Virus record (IMG/VR): IMGVR_UViG_3300033463_000020
From: a virus
Lineage: Duplodnaviria; Caudoviricetes
Strand: one strand, 5' to 3'
DNA length: 64,000 nt
The position numbers and the translations under genes are program-made. Numbering within the stretch: position 1 is the first letter of the stretch; each line of letters begins with the position of its first letter. A model generated the notes under the pieces. That model ran no database searches. It saw nothing but the letters and a program-made list of their open reading frames with translations, and was not told the DNA's origin. This document shows, in pieces, positions 11,248 to 23,729 of this stretch.

Positions 11248-12144
11248 TTAGGAATTGTAGTCATCGGCGTATGCGCGCATTTTGACATGGAGCTTGCGCA
11301 GGGCGCGCACACTGATCCTGCGCACCGCCTCTTTGGTCATCGGTGCATCTTTGTACCCTTTCACGCCTCGGGCATAGAGCATCTGCGCGATCTGAGTCAG
11401 GGTTTTCGTGGGACCATCGAGACCGAACAGGTATCTGATTACCAGCTGTTCGTTTTCGCTTAGAGTGGCGACGGCCTTGCGGAGGTCCCTGGCCATTTCT
11501 TCATTCTGCACCTCACGCACAAAGTCACTGGGATCGGCCAGTGTATCCTCCAAGCTGCCCTCCTCTTCGTCCGAGGTTCCATGAATAGATACGGTATAGG
11601 CGTTCTCCATGGAATCTTTGATATCGTCAATTTCCGCAGAAGAGAAGCGTCCATTCAGATACCGCGATACTTCTTCGGACGTAGGTGCGCGACCCAGTTG
11701 TTTCTCCAGAGCTTCGCTGGCAGCATACACGAAGCGCATCTGTCCAATGCGGACTTTTGAGAGACGCAGCAGACGACCGTTGTCCGTAATACTGTCGTTG
11801 AGGCAGTAGCTGATGCACCGGAATACATACGTTGTAAAGCCCGCGGCATTGGCGTTGTCTGCACGATACTGCATGATGGCATTGTGAATACCCTGCATGC
11901 CCTCCTGAACCAGGTCTTCGAGGCCGATATTCACAGCCGGCAGATCTTTGATGCGGTTATACTTTTCGCGGGCCAACGATACTACTGCCGGCGTATAGTT
12001 GGCATAAATTGTGTCACGAGCTTTAGTGTCGCCCGCTCGGGCACGGCGGACATAGTCTTCGCGCTCTTCCGATGCAATCTGCGGATAACGCTTTGCATCG
12101 CGCAACAGCACGTCGAGCATTTCGGGTACTTCGTTTTCAGGCAT
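11248..12144 (-). CDS. phage-encoded sigma-70 family sigma factor (regions 1.2-4)
   Basis: EDLVQEG...GFTTY (region 2), LGRAPT.EE (region 3), LSENEQLVIRYLFGL...TLTQIA...T.EAVRRI..RALRKL (region 4). Confidence 0.9.
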   Translation of the reverse strand: MPENEVPEMLDVLLRDAKRYPQIASEEREDYVRRARAGDTKARDTIYANYTPAVVSLAREKYNRIKDLPAVNIGLEDLVQEGMQGIHNAIMQYRADNANAAGFTTYVFRCISYCLNDSITDNGRLLRLSKVRIGQMRFVYAASEALEKQLGRAPTSEEVSRYLNGRFSSAEIDDIKDSMENAYTVSIHGTSDEEEGSLEDTLADPSDFVREVQNEEMARDLRKAVATLSENEQLVIRYLFGLDGPTKTLTQIAQMLYARGVKGYKDAPMTKEAVRRISVRALRKLHVKMRAYADDYNS

Positions 12145-12346
12145 GATGATCCTCCTTTATGATTTCGAAACTATCGACTTCCGGCAGGATGGCGCAGCCA
12201 CCCCACGTGCCGTGTAACTGACCGGCGTCATCGACATGTGTGACCGTACCACACTTATTATTATAGCACATTTCTCCCACCATGTCAAGTATTTTTACGC
12301 GTTTGCCTAAATATTTTTCGCGTAAGGCCTTCACTGTTTCGGACAT
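12137..12346 (-). CDS. DUF4314-like protein
   Basis: GKRVKI..M...GTV.HVDDAGQLHGTWG.....D.F. Confidence 0.7.
   Translation of the reverse strand: MSETVKALREKYLGKRVKILDMVGEMCYNNKCGTVTHVDDAGQLHGTWGGCAILPEVDSFEIIKEDHHA
12260..12288 (-). promoter_or_regulatory. consensus sigmaA/70 promoter inside the upstream ORF, driving the sigma factor gene
   Basis: TTGACA-17-TATAAT with TGc. Confidence 0.75.
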
Positions 12347-12771
12347 TAGTGTTTTCCTCCTTCGTAGATTGTGTTAGCATTGTAAGGATACTGCTGTTTG
12401 AGCTGTGCAAAGCACCGCTGATAATCGGCCCAGCTGTGGATGGGCTTCTGCATAGTGAGATTATCGATGTACTTCAGGTAGTGTTTGTAATTGTTGAGGG
12501 CCGGGGCCGCCTGCATTTTAATGCTCTGCGGACGCGTCCAGTTGGTCGCCACTACCAGGCCATCTTTGGTCGGTACCAGTTCCTTCGTGACATACTGCGG
12601 GACATTTTCAGGCTCAACAGTGCGAGCGCCCACTACGGTGATGGACTGATACCAGGGACCCCGTGGTCCCATACCGTCCAGATAGCGCAGCTGCTTGGGA
12701 GCGGCTGTGCCACGGTAGACATAGTCATATTTCTTAGCGTTTCCAGAAAAACACACGGTGAGAATGAGCAT
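12346..12771 (-). CDS. hypothetical protein
   Basis: GGAGG RBS, MLILTVCF... Confidence 0.6.
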   Translation of the reverse strand: MLILTVCFSGNAKKYDYVYRGTAAPKQLRYLDGMGPRGPWYQSITVVGARTVEPENVPQYVTKELVPTKDGLVVATNWTRPQSIKMQAAPALNNYKHYLKYIDNLTMQKPIHSWADYQRCFAQLKQQYPYNANTIYEGGKH

Positions 12772-13372
12772 GATTCTCTTCCTCCTGTTGTAATTTTTTG
12801 ATTTGGTCACCCAGGGCGTAGAGGCCCTGCATGTTCTTGACGGTATGCCGCCATTCTTGCGCCTGTGCTGGATCATCCGGGCATTCGTCGATTAGGTAAT
12901 CCAGATATTCCAGATTTTCAATTGCCAGTATGAACCGGGGATCTGGTTTCTTGAGCTCTCGCGGATTCTTTGGAGCATACTGCAAACGCCACTGCCACAA
13001 CGTCCGACGCATGCGGATAAGCGAGAGTCGCATGGTATCGACTGCTTTCTGCATTTCAGCCTGCTGATCACGCTGCAGAGCACGCAATGTGGTTACATAC
13101 GGATTGAAGTCGCCGGGAACACCGAACGCCGAAGCAAGCTGGCGTGCAGCCTGGAGTGGCGTAAGCCGTTCGCGGTAGGCCACGAGCTGCACCGCATCGG
13201 CCCGAGTGTGGCATGCAAAGCAGTAGCCATGGTCCGGATACAGTTTGAATGACGGGTGATTGTCTGTATGGAACGGACACAGGCAGACACCCCCGCGGGG
13301 GCGGAGGCCGCAGTATTCGGCTACGGCCTCCATCGGGACATTGGTTTTGATGGCATCGAAGATATCCATCAT
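12734..13372 (-). CDS. CHC2 zinc-finger (DnaG-type) domain protein without a TOPRIM domain
   Basis: CPFHTDNHPSF...YCFAC. Confidence 0.85.
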   Translation of the reverse strand: MMDIFDAIKTNVPMEAVAEYCGLRPRGGVCLCPFHTDNHPSFKLYPDHGYCFACHTRADAVQLVAYRERLTPLQAARQLASAFGVPGDFNPYVTTLRALQRDQQAEMQKAVDTMRLSLIRMRRTLWQWRLQYAPKNPRELKKPDPRFILAIENLEYLDYLIDECPDDPAQAQEWRHTVKNMQGLYALGDQIKKLQQEEENHAHSHRVFFWKR

Positions 13373-13383
13373 GATACACCTCC

Positions 13384-16086
13384 TTAGGCGAGATAAGACT
13401 GATACTCCCTTTTCAGGGTGAGTAAATCGATGTTGTGCGGGAATGCACGCCCCCAGTTAACCAGGAAGCGAAGGATATCCCTGAAGCTTTGATAGCAGGC
13501 CAGTCCTGAGGCAGCAAAGGCTTTAGCCTGTTCGTCCTCAGACGTGCCGCCATTCTGGAAGCAGTGTACCTGGCGAATCGCACCATTGGGGCAAAGCTCA
13601 AGGGTGAAATACGGTATGTCAGGCATATCCACGCGGCGGATAAACATGACATTGGTCGAACCGGCGATGATGGCATCCGCAAACGATGCAACGGAGTGCA
13701 TCAGTACTCCTCCTTCCTGATTGAGCTCTTCGACGGACTGCGGCGCACGAATTGTCAGACCCAGTTTGGGATCGGTCCAGGCCAGGCCCGCAACGCGGCG
13801 CGTAGCTTTCTGGAAGTCCGCATGCTTTTCGGCCTGCCCATAGAAGCTGACCCAATAGTTTGCGTCATCATGGAGATACCGCAGATTGTTCCCCGGGGTC
13901 ATCACAATCTGAGCTCCCAAGAGACTGCTGGTTGCGTCATATACCGGAGTGATTGTCGCGTTTGGATAGAGACTTTTCTGATGTTCCAGGAACAGGTCGG
14001 GGGTGAGCGGTTTGATTGGTTCCCACGAATAAGTCCGCACTTTCATTCCCGGCACGAAATGGATGAACCTGATGGCCTTGTTCGGCATTTTGGGATACAG
14101 CCGGCTGTTATAGAGTCCAGGAAGCTCCGGATGGTCCTGTTGTATTTTTTGCAACAGTTCCTGCGCCTTGCGATAGTCCGGGAGCCATCTGAGATCCGTG
14201 CCATATTTTTCCAGAAGCTGAGCCAGCCTGGCGGGTGAGGTTTCGCCGAGTTTTTCCTGAATTTCTTGGACAACTATAACGTCATCCTGGCCATAGGACC
14301 GCAGTTGCAGGCCGCGCTGCAGCCAGAACTGCCGGGTGGTGGCGTCGGCAGCCCCCAGAGTGGGCATCACTTTCAGAAGCGGCTGTACCTTTGGGGTGCT
14401 GAGTTCGTACGTCAAGGAATGATAACTTACATAATACTGGGACGATGGGAGCTGGTACGATGTGAGGGCTTCGGCTTCACGAATGAGGAGCATGGGAGCG
14501 CCAAGCATTTGAGGCAGATTTTTGCCTTTGCAATCATAGCTCCAGGCTGCCGCTCTCCACCCCGCATAAGAGTTATCGGGTTTCTGGAACAGATTATGAA
14601 GTGTTCCATCTGAGGTTGCGGCGAGGGCGGCACTATACAGTTTGACCAGGCCACTTTTCAATAGCTGTTCGAACAGTGCCTGTCCGCTGGTGGCGAGCGC
14701 AGTCATAGCCCAGTGGCTATGCTGGTGTGACGTAATAACGCTCTGCAGGCTCACAAGTGTCTGCTGAGTGTTGGTCCGGCGATCGTACTTGTAGAACGGA
14801 TCGGGAATCTCGACATCCTTGGAATGCTCCAGTAACCAGCCGGCATTGGTACCCGCAAATAGCTGCGCAGGAGTAAGACCGCCTAAGATAGTATTGGTAT
14901 CATAGCAGTCGAAAGAGCCTGTCAACATTTTTGCAGACGGAATCGGGAATGCCCAGATATCGTTTCTGGTGTTGAATTCTCCGTAGAATCTGACCTTCCG
15001 TTTTAAGTCAAAAGCGAAAAGGTGTTTGGCATTATAATAATGCGGCCCGTAAATGCCAATAGCGATGATAGCGTCTGTGGATCGCGCCCAGTATACAGTA
15101 CTGTCTTCCGCGGGATTGGGGTCATCCCAGAGCGCACGGATTTCCGGAACAGAATCCAGATAGTTTTGGGCCATATTCTCTTTGGTCACGACAGCATCTT
15201 TCTTTTTAGTCGGAGTGGCAATCCAGAGCAATACTTCCCCGAGTGTTTTGGGGCGAGTTACACTACCGCATTTCTTGGTCCAGGCCGCACGACGGTCAGT
15301 GTTCGCAGGATCAGAGCACCGTAAGAACTCGCTGACGGCTTCGGCTGTTTCGTCTGCCATTGTCCAATCGGAATATGAATTGGCATAGCGGATGTATTTC
15401 CGACGCAGGTCCTGCGCGGATCTGGGGATAAGCAACATCAGAGACGAAACCGCTTTATATGTCAGTTTGACGGCCTCATGGGCTATCTGTTCATCGTTCT
15501 GTACGATCATGAGACCTTCATATTTGGTGGCAACGAGATCCATTCGTGGCTTCCCGCTATCCTTTTCTGCGGCAGTGGGGAGTGCCTCATTAAGTGACGA
15601 GCCATACTCTTTGAGTTTGTGCGTCATATATTGCACCGTGCTGCCGTCGGGGAATGTCGCGGTGTATACCACTGCGATCTTATCGTCTTTATAGATCCGG
15701 AATTCGCACCCCGAATTACCGCTATACCAGACGACATTGTTGTTCTGCTCCCCGCGCCCCCAATTTCTGCGATAAGCCGCAGGCACCAGGAAATAGCCAT
15801 CGGGATATTTGTCAACGGCGGCTTTATATGAGCTGCATTTCTCCATGAGACAGCCAGCGTGGCTGTTCTGCCAGAAATTTTCCTTCGCATCGACCGCGTT
15901 ATACGTTTTGATACTGAGATAGTCTCCCATCTCTTCGACGGCATACATCAGCGGAGTCCACTGCTGGTGGATGATGACGCCATCTTCGGGCCATCTCTCT
16001 TTGGGGAAATTGGTCGGATAGTGGACTGTGCCACTGTTCATTTCCAGTGCCACTGGGATTCTGGCAAAATTAATGTGTTTCAGCAT
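13384..16086 (-). CDS. 900-aa protein with a C-terminal PcfJ-like domain
   Basis: P.SVEELNQEG..LMHSVASF...MFIRR.D.PDIPYFTLEL. Confidence 0.75.
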   Translation of the reverse strand: MLKHINFARIPVALEMNSGTVHYPTNFPKERWPEDGVIIHQQWTPLMYAVEEMGDYLSIKTYNAVDAKENFWQNSHAGCLMEKCSSYKAAVDKYPDGYFLVPAAYRRNWGRGEQNNNVVWYSGNSGCEFRIYKDDKIAVVYTATFPDGSTVQYMTHKLKEYGSSLNEALPTAAEKDSGKPRMDLVATKYEGLMIVQNDEQIAHEAVKLTYKAVSSLMLLIPRSAQDLRRKYIRYANSYSDWTMADETAEAVSEFLRCSDPANTDRRAAWTKKCGSVTRPKTLGEVLLWIATPTKKKDAVVTKENMAQNYLDSVPEIRALWDDPNPAEDSTVYWARSTDAIIAIGIYGPHYYNAKHLFAFDLKRKVRFYGEFNTRNDIWAFPIPSAKMLTGSFDCYDTNTILGGLTPAQLFAGTNAGWLLEHSKDVEIPDPFYKYDRRTNTQQTLVSLQSVITSHQHSHWAMTALATSGQALFEQLLKSGLVKLYSAALAATSDGTLHNLFQKPDNSYAGWRAAAWSYDCKGKNLPQMLGAPMLLIREAEALTSYQLPSSQYYVSYHSLTYELSTPKVQPLLKVMPTLGAADATTRQFWLQRGLQLRSYGQDDVIVVQEIQEKLGETSPARLAQLLEKYGTDLRWLPDYRKAQELLQKIQQDHPELPGLYNSRLYPKMPNKAIRFIHFVPGMKVRTYSWEPIKPLTPDLFLEHQKSLYPNATITPVYDATSSLLGAQIVMTPGNNLRYLHDDANYWVSFYGQAEKHADFQKATRRVAGLAWTDPKLGLTIRAPQSVEELNQEGGVLMHSVASFADAIIAGSTNVMFIRRVDMPDIPYFTLELCPNGAIRQVHCFQNGGTSEDEQAKAFAASGLACYQSFRDILRFLVNWGRAFPHNIDLLTLKREYQSYLA

Positions 16087-16097
16087 AATTTTTCTCC

Positions 16098-16550
16098 TTA
16101 TTTTAAATTGGCAGTAAGTCTGATACCGATATCGTTGAGGATGGCTTTGGCGAGCGCTCGTTCGTCGGCAGCGTTGTAATCAATATAATGCTGCTTATAG
16201 AGTCTCTGGAACCCCCGAGCGCTTTGAGGGCAATAACCGAGCTCGATTGAACTGGGTCGGGAAAGGGTATAGCGATTTGGACCGATGTCGGGACGATTGT
16301 CTCGAGCTGTGCGAAAACACAGGTAGAATACATTGATTCCTTGTTTGGTAGTGGCCTCAATGCGCACCACCTCTTCTGTAAATTGATCGTAGGATTCGCG
16401 ATCGGATGCGGTTACTCCGGTCCAGAAATTTCCAGGGCGCCCAGGGGCGGCCGTAGCCGCCACCTGGCACTCCTGTACGCGAGAGTCTGCGTTAAGGATA
16501 TTTGGAATCCCGACACCGCAGACGAGATACTTCACCAGGAACATGTCCAT
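16098..16550 (-). CDS. hypothetical protein
   Basis: AGGAGG RBS, intact ORF. Confidence 0.65.
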   Translation of the reverse strand: MDMFLVKYLVCGVGIPNILNADSRVQECQVAATAAPGRPGNFWTGVTASDRESYDQFTEEVVRIEATTKQGINVFYLCFRTARDNRPDIGPNRYTLSRPSSIELGYCPQSARGFQRLYKQHYIDYNAADERALAKAILNDIGIRLTANLK

Positions 16551-16568
16551 AGTATTTTCCTCCTTTCT

Positions 16569-18623
16569 TTATGCAGTTACCCTGAGCGTGTTAAGGTAGC
16601 TATTGACGTCGGCACTGTCCTGCGCGTGTTCAACCGTAGGCACATCGGCGGGGGCCGGTTCAACCCATATGTCGGCCGCATACGGATGCGCGGCAATGAC
16701 GTCGTCAGCCGCAGGAGCGTCCGTAACCGACGCGACAGAAGGAGTGGGACTGAAGAGCACATTCTGTGCCTGCTCGCACTGTCCTTCGAGTTTTGTGGCA
16801 ACCGTCATTGCGATTACCGCAGGAGTTGTATCGTTTGAGGGGGTGGCAGTGCCTCCACTCTTGACTGTGCCGCCTCCGGGAATAAGATTATAGATGTAAC
16901 CGACCAGCCCCGCTCGGACCGAAGAGTATGCCATGACCATATCTAAGAAAATTATTTTATTTCTCTTAGATATGTAGTAATAGCTCTGTTTATCAGGATT
17001 CCTTGTATCCTTCCCGAGCGTTAGCTGTTCCAGCTCCGTATTGGCCGCATCGGCAATTGGATAAACGGCGGCTATCGCAGCCTTCTGAGCATCGCGATCC
17101 ATCATCTGTACTTCGTCCAGATATGCAGGCGTGAATTTGCCCTCTTTGAAAACGGGAGCGGAGGGGAATTTCTGCTTCAGCAAATACGACGCATACCACG
17201 CTTTCGCCTCGCCCGAACCAGGCATCGCCGTCGCTTGGGCCACGATATCGGCAAGGACGGGCGCTTCTACACCTTTCTGCACCTTTTTGCGCCAGGCCTC
17301 TAAGGGCGCGGTGTCCGGGGTGCCGACATCTATGGTAGCGGCCGCAATTTGCCGCGTAGTGTACTCCAGCTCTTCAGCCGCCGAGAGATCGGGTACCTGG
17401 ATGAAGAAGAGTCGATCGAAGAATTTTCCATCAAAGCTTTTGACGTTCGAAGTCCGAGGATTCCAAGCGAGGATCCATTTAATGGTATTGTTGTTGCGCC
17501 CGGTAAGAGGTCCGTCTTTATAGACCCCATCTGACATGATGGGGGCTAGTGAGTTCTGAAATGCTGTCGAAGCGATATTCGCTTCATCGAAAAACACAAC
17601 CAGAGGCAGATTGTTTTTCAGGCACTTCATCAGAATCGACGGGGTCTTCACAAGATCGGCCGTCTCTTTGGACAGGGTGGCGATTTTGTCCAGCGCCTCG
17701 AGGGTATCCTGTACCTGTTTCTCATAGTCACGCTTTTCATCGGGCTCACTCGGGCACGGCGCCTGCTTCAGCATCTCCAGTTTTGCTTTGAGCCCCTGAA
17801 CCAGCGGCGCGACCGTCGCTTTGTCAACGACGCTCTCGGTTTGCTGCGGTCCCACTTGAGACAAAATCTGTGTAATGCTCATCAGCGGGTCGCAGGGGAT
17901 GGTGACGAGCGGAATGTGCTTAAGTGCACACCAGTTTGTGACCATCTGGCTTTTGCCTCCGCCAGGGTTGCCGTGCAGTCCAATGGCGGTAAATTTTTTC
18001 GTAGGATAGCTCGTGGTCATGACTTTTTCGAACAGCTGATAGCAAGGCCTTGCGGCATTGCCCATGCAGATGTCCAGGTCTAGGTTGGGCGTACAGACTT
18101 TCTTCTCTTCGTCGGTAATGAGAGGAGAGTTCCAGAACAGATCATAGTTGACCTGCTCTCTGGGGAATGCCACTTTTCTGAGGCTGAGATTAGTTGTCGC
18201 ATCTTGAATGGAAGGATCCAGGTCATAGCCATTGTTGGCCAAGAATACCTGGAGTGTGGAACCTCCGTTGACAAAATCGGCATCTGTTAATTTGGCCGAG
18301 CGTGCCTGTGCAGTGTCCATGGGCAGATTACCCGTGGCAATTTTGCTGGTAAGTTTGACGAGTGTCCCTTCCGGGAGCGTGCGTGTGGTATCCTCTGAAT
18401 TTGCAGAGCATGCAGGGAACAGGGTGGTGAGCAGCCCGCGCTGCATTTTTCTTGCGTTGGTCGTTTTGAGGAGAACAATACGGTTGTTCTCGAAAGCGAC
18501 AGTAGTGGCGACCCAGGTTTTCTCCCCTTCGGGGATTGAGACCAGGGTGACACCTTTTTGGGTTCCGTTGGGTGCGATGATTTCGCTGTCGAACAGCGCG
18601 ACGAGATTTTTCTGATTAGCCAT
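16569..18623 (-). CDS. MoxR/CobS-like AAA+ ATPase
   Basis: Walker A GNPGGGKS, Walker B VFFDEAN, sensor WNP, FFDRL. Confidence 0.85.
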   Translation of the reverse strand: MANQKNLVALFDSEIIAPNGTQKGVTLVSIPEGEKTWVATTVAFENNRIVLLKTTNARKMQRGLLTTLFPACSANSEDTTRTLPEGTLVKLTSKIATGNLPMDTAQARSAKLTDADFVNGGSTLQVFLANNGYDLDPSIQDATTNLSLRKVAFPREQVNYDLFWNSPLITDEEKKVCTPNLDLDICMGNAARPCYQLFEKVMTTSYPTKKFTAIGLHGNPGGGKSQMVTNWCALKHIPLVTIPCDPLMSITQILSQVGPQQTESVVDKATVAPLVQGLKAKLEMLKQAPCPSEPDEKRDYEKQVQDTLEALDKIATLSKETADLVKTPSILMKCLKNNLPLVVFFDEANIASTAFQNSLAPIMSDGVYKDGPLTGRNNNTIKWILAWNPRTSNVKSFDGKFFDRLFFIQVPDLSAAEELEYTTRQIAAATIDVGTPDTAPLEAWRKKVQKGVEAPVLADIVAQATAMPGSGEAKAWYASYLLKQKFPSAPVFKEGKFTPAYLDEVQMMDRDAQKAAIAAVYPIADAANTELEQLTLGKDTRNPDKQSYYYISKRNKIIFLDMVMAYSSVRAGLVGYIYNLIPGGGTVKSGGTATPSNDTTPAVIAMTVATKLEGQCEQAQNVLFSPTPSVASVTDAPAADDVIAAHPYAADIWVEPAPADVPTVEHAQDSADVNSYLNTLRVTA

Positions 18624-18624
18624 C

Positions 18625-19206
18625 TCAGTTGGCTCCTTTCACAGTATTGATTGTGGCAGTTGCGCCATAATTTGTTTTGGTTTTTGTAATGACATATTTG
18701 GGATCGATGTTGCCGAGGGCGATTTCCCGTTTAACAGCCCGGTCGTTGATCGGGACAACCTGCAGGTCTTTAACGAGAGCCTTGGCTTTCTTGGGGACCC
18801 GGAATGTGATGGTATCCGTAACGTCGTCAACGATGGCGTCGCTAACACCGAGGTCGGCGCGCAGGGCGTCGGCTAAGATTTCATCTTTGGAGGTTGCCAT
18901 TTCGCCCACGGTCACGACAATGCTTTTGGGCGTCGGGTGACCGGCTGCGTCAAAGCCAATAAATTCAGCTTGCGCAGTCACGGCCGCTCCCTTGTGCTGT
19001 GCGGCAGCATTGTTGAGTCGTTTTTCCAGCGCTTTAAGCTGGTCGGAAACGATGTTTTCGAGCGATTTGAGTTTGGCATAGACCGTCAGGCTATTGAGGG
19101 TTTCTTCGGGAGAGGCCAGTGCGTCGGTGTTGGCAAAGGCCACCTGGCGGATTTTGTCGGCTGCCAGATCGAGGTTCAGGCTGATGAGATTGGTGTTGTC
19201 GTTCAT
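18625..19206 (-). CDS. hypothetical protein between the AAA and vWA genes
   Basis: RBS, intact ORF, coiled-coil-like N-terminal half. Confidence 0.65.
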   Translation of the reverse strand: MNDNTNLISLNLDLAADKIRQVAFANTDALASPEETLNSLTVYAKLKSLENIVSDQLKALEKRLNNAAAQHKGAAVTAQAEFIGFDAAGHPTPKSIVVTVGEMATSKDEILADALRADLGVSDAIVDDVTDTITFRVPKKAKALVKDLQVVPINDRAVKREIALGNIDPKYVITKTKTNYGATATINTVKGAN

Positions 19207-19257
19207 GATTACTTCCTTTTCTCTGCGTGTAGGATGCGCAGCCCCCCCCAAATAAAT

Positions 19258-21288
<2,031 letters not shown>

Positions 21289-23729
21289 TGTAGGCAGCGA
21301 TGACTCGCATTATGGCGAATAGTGCGTACACGCAAACCAACAGAATTGCGAATTTTGTATCCAGCTGATACAGCCTAATGGCTGCACAGATGAATAGGAC
21401 CCTCATGGCCCAGGTGAGAGTTTTGATCATTTGATCACCTTCTTTATTTTTTGGATTATTTTGGGATCGTTGATAGGAATCCACTTTTTGCCGTCGAAAC
21501 ATGTGACGTATTCTTCATCGAAATCATCATGTGTTGTCAAGCAAAATGTGAGTTTGCCTTTTTTGAGATAATAATTCCTTTGCCCGGAATCCGTGACTAA
21601 TGTCCATACGAGACGCATCACCAGTCACCTCTTTTGTCTTTACGGATCTGATTGCGGCGTTTAGTTTCGGTTTTCTCGAGATACCGGGTTTCAGCCTTGT
21701 AATACTTTTTAGGCTGGGTGGCACGGAATTCCTTGCTGCTCTTTGCATTTTCGGCGATGAATTTCATTGTTTATGCCTCCTTATAAGCATAGTTGAGAAC
21801 TTTTTCGACGTTGTGAGCGCCGAGCTCTGTTGCCAGAACATTAACGACACCATCGAAGGTGTCAGCATCGGCGTCATTCATGACGATGTCCAGCCCGAGC
21901 AGACGAGCACCGAGGCGATGCGCCTCTTTTTTCAGCTGCTCTTCTTCGGAGGGCAGATGGCGGTAGTAGCCGAGTTTGTCACCATAGGCGACTTCGGCGG
22001 CGGCATGGATAGCGTTCATGATCTTGCGGATGTTTTCTTTTTTCATGGTTTTTGCTCCTTTTTTAAAAAAAATTTTTCTCAATTTCTGATGCAACGTCTA
22101 TAGGCGGCTGATTCCACCGAAGGCGACGATTCACATCACCCAACTTAACAATCTTGTTATATTGGTCTCTGTAAATGACCCATAGAATTGTCTCGGTGTT
22201 TACTATGCCAATCTCGCTGATAAGATAATTAAGAATGCTGTCGAAGGTGCCTTGATCATCGTTTATAACATCGAGTTGGAAGAGGAGTGCGCGAAAACGA
22301 GTTACTTCTTCATAGAGGTCCTGAGTAGCCTCGAGTTTGGCGCTGCACAGCATTTCTGCTGCATGTTTGATGGCGTCCATTACATGTTGTGTAATGTTTC
22401 CCATTGTTTTTCTCTTTGCTTACCACCGATGCCTAGCGACCCAGGCTTCGGCTTTTTCAAAAGCTCCTTCGAGGGAGCGGGTGACGTCGACGCCGAAAAT
22501 GGCGTCAATCCACCATTTACCGTCTGTGCGTTCGTGAATCACAGCCACAGCTCTCTCGCCATGGCTGACGAGAGAAGAGAATTTTTCTCCTACAGGGATT
22601 CCCCCGTAGAAGTTGGTTGGGTTAATGAAGGCGTGGCCTGTCCATTTCTGGACAGTGATCGTTCCGGAGACAATGATTTTCTCCATGGTTGTTCCTTTCT
22701 GGGTGTTACCCTAAAAATTAGTCACAGGAGCGTGACAGTTTTAATGTTTTTACTTTTTCGCCGAACGGAAGAGCGATTACTTTTTTGTCACCTGTCCGAG
22801 CTTTTTCGGCCTCTTCCTTGGTGGCGAAGACCTGTACATATGATGACCAATATTCTCGTATATAGTCATCATCGCAGTAATGCTCGTTCCATACCAGGGC
22901 ATAGACAACGCCCGGTGCTGTTATCGGGCACTTTAATTTCTCGAAGATTGCGGGACCTGGGAACCCTTTAGCATATTTTTTCCATTCCCGGTCACAATAA
23001 GACCAAGGATGGTTGCCAATCAAAGTGTCGTCGGCAAAGAGTGCCAGGCGTTGGAAGATCTCCGCTTCTTCCTGCCGTAGATTTGCCGTGTAGTTGTGGA
23101 TATCCATTTCACCCAGCGGTATAATGGGGTACTGTTTTCCCCATTTCATGAGGATTAGGGCGCCGAGGGTGTCGGAGAGGTCTGCTGACAACTGCGCGTG
23201 GCGCCAGATAGCGAAGGCCTTATCAGCCTTTTTCCCCTTCGAGAAGTCTTTTTCATGAGAGAAGCCACCCATGCGAGCGATCTTTCTCATAACGACGTAA
23301 ATTGCTTGGACCTTCTTGGGGTCGAGTGCGAGTTTGTCACCGCTCCAGTACGTGGTGGTTTTCATTGTTCTTGCCATGATTTTTTCCTCCAAATCTTTTT
23401 ATGCAAATCGTTTCCGATATTCGACTATCCACGCTTGTTGTATCTGCGCATCGTCGTTGATAATAAATGTGCTGCAATAAAAGTCCGCAAAGAGGTTCAT
23501 AGGTGACACCCCGCTTGCTAGTAAGGCTGGGATATTTTCACCCCAGCATAAGATTTTGTCGACTATGGACTCGGGGAGCCGTAGTTTCATAAAGATATTC
23601 AGCAGTTTCTCAAACTGCTGATCTGTGAGGTTTACTGTGCCCCCAGCGTTGATGATAACAGCCAATGTTAACCGGACAATTCTGAGATGTTCCATTTTGA
23701 TATTCCTCCGTATTTTTTTTGAACAGACA

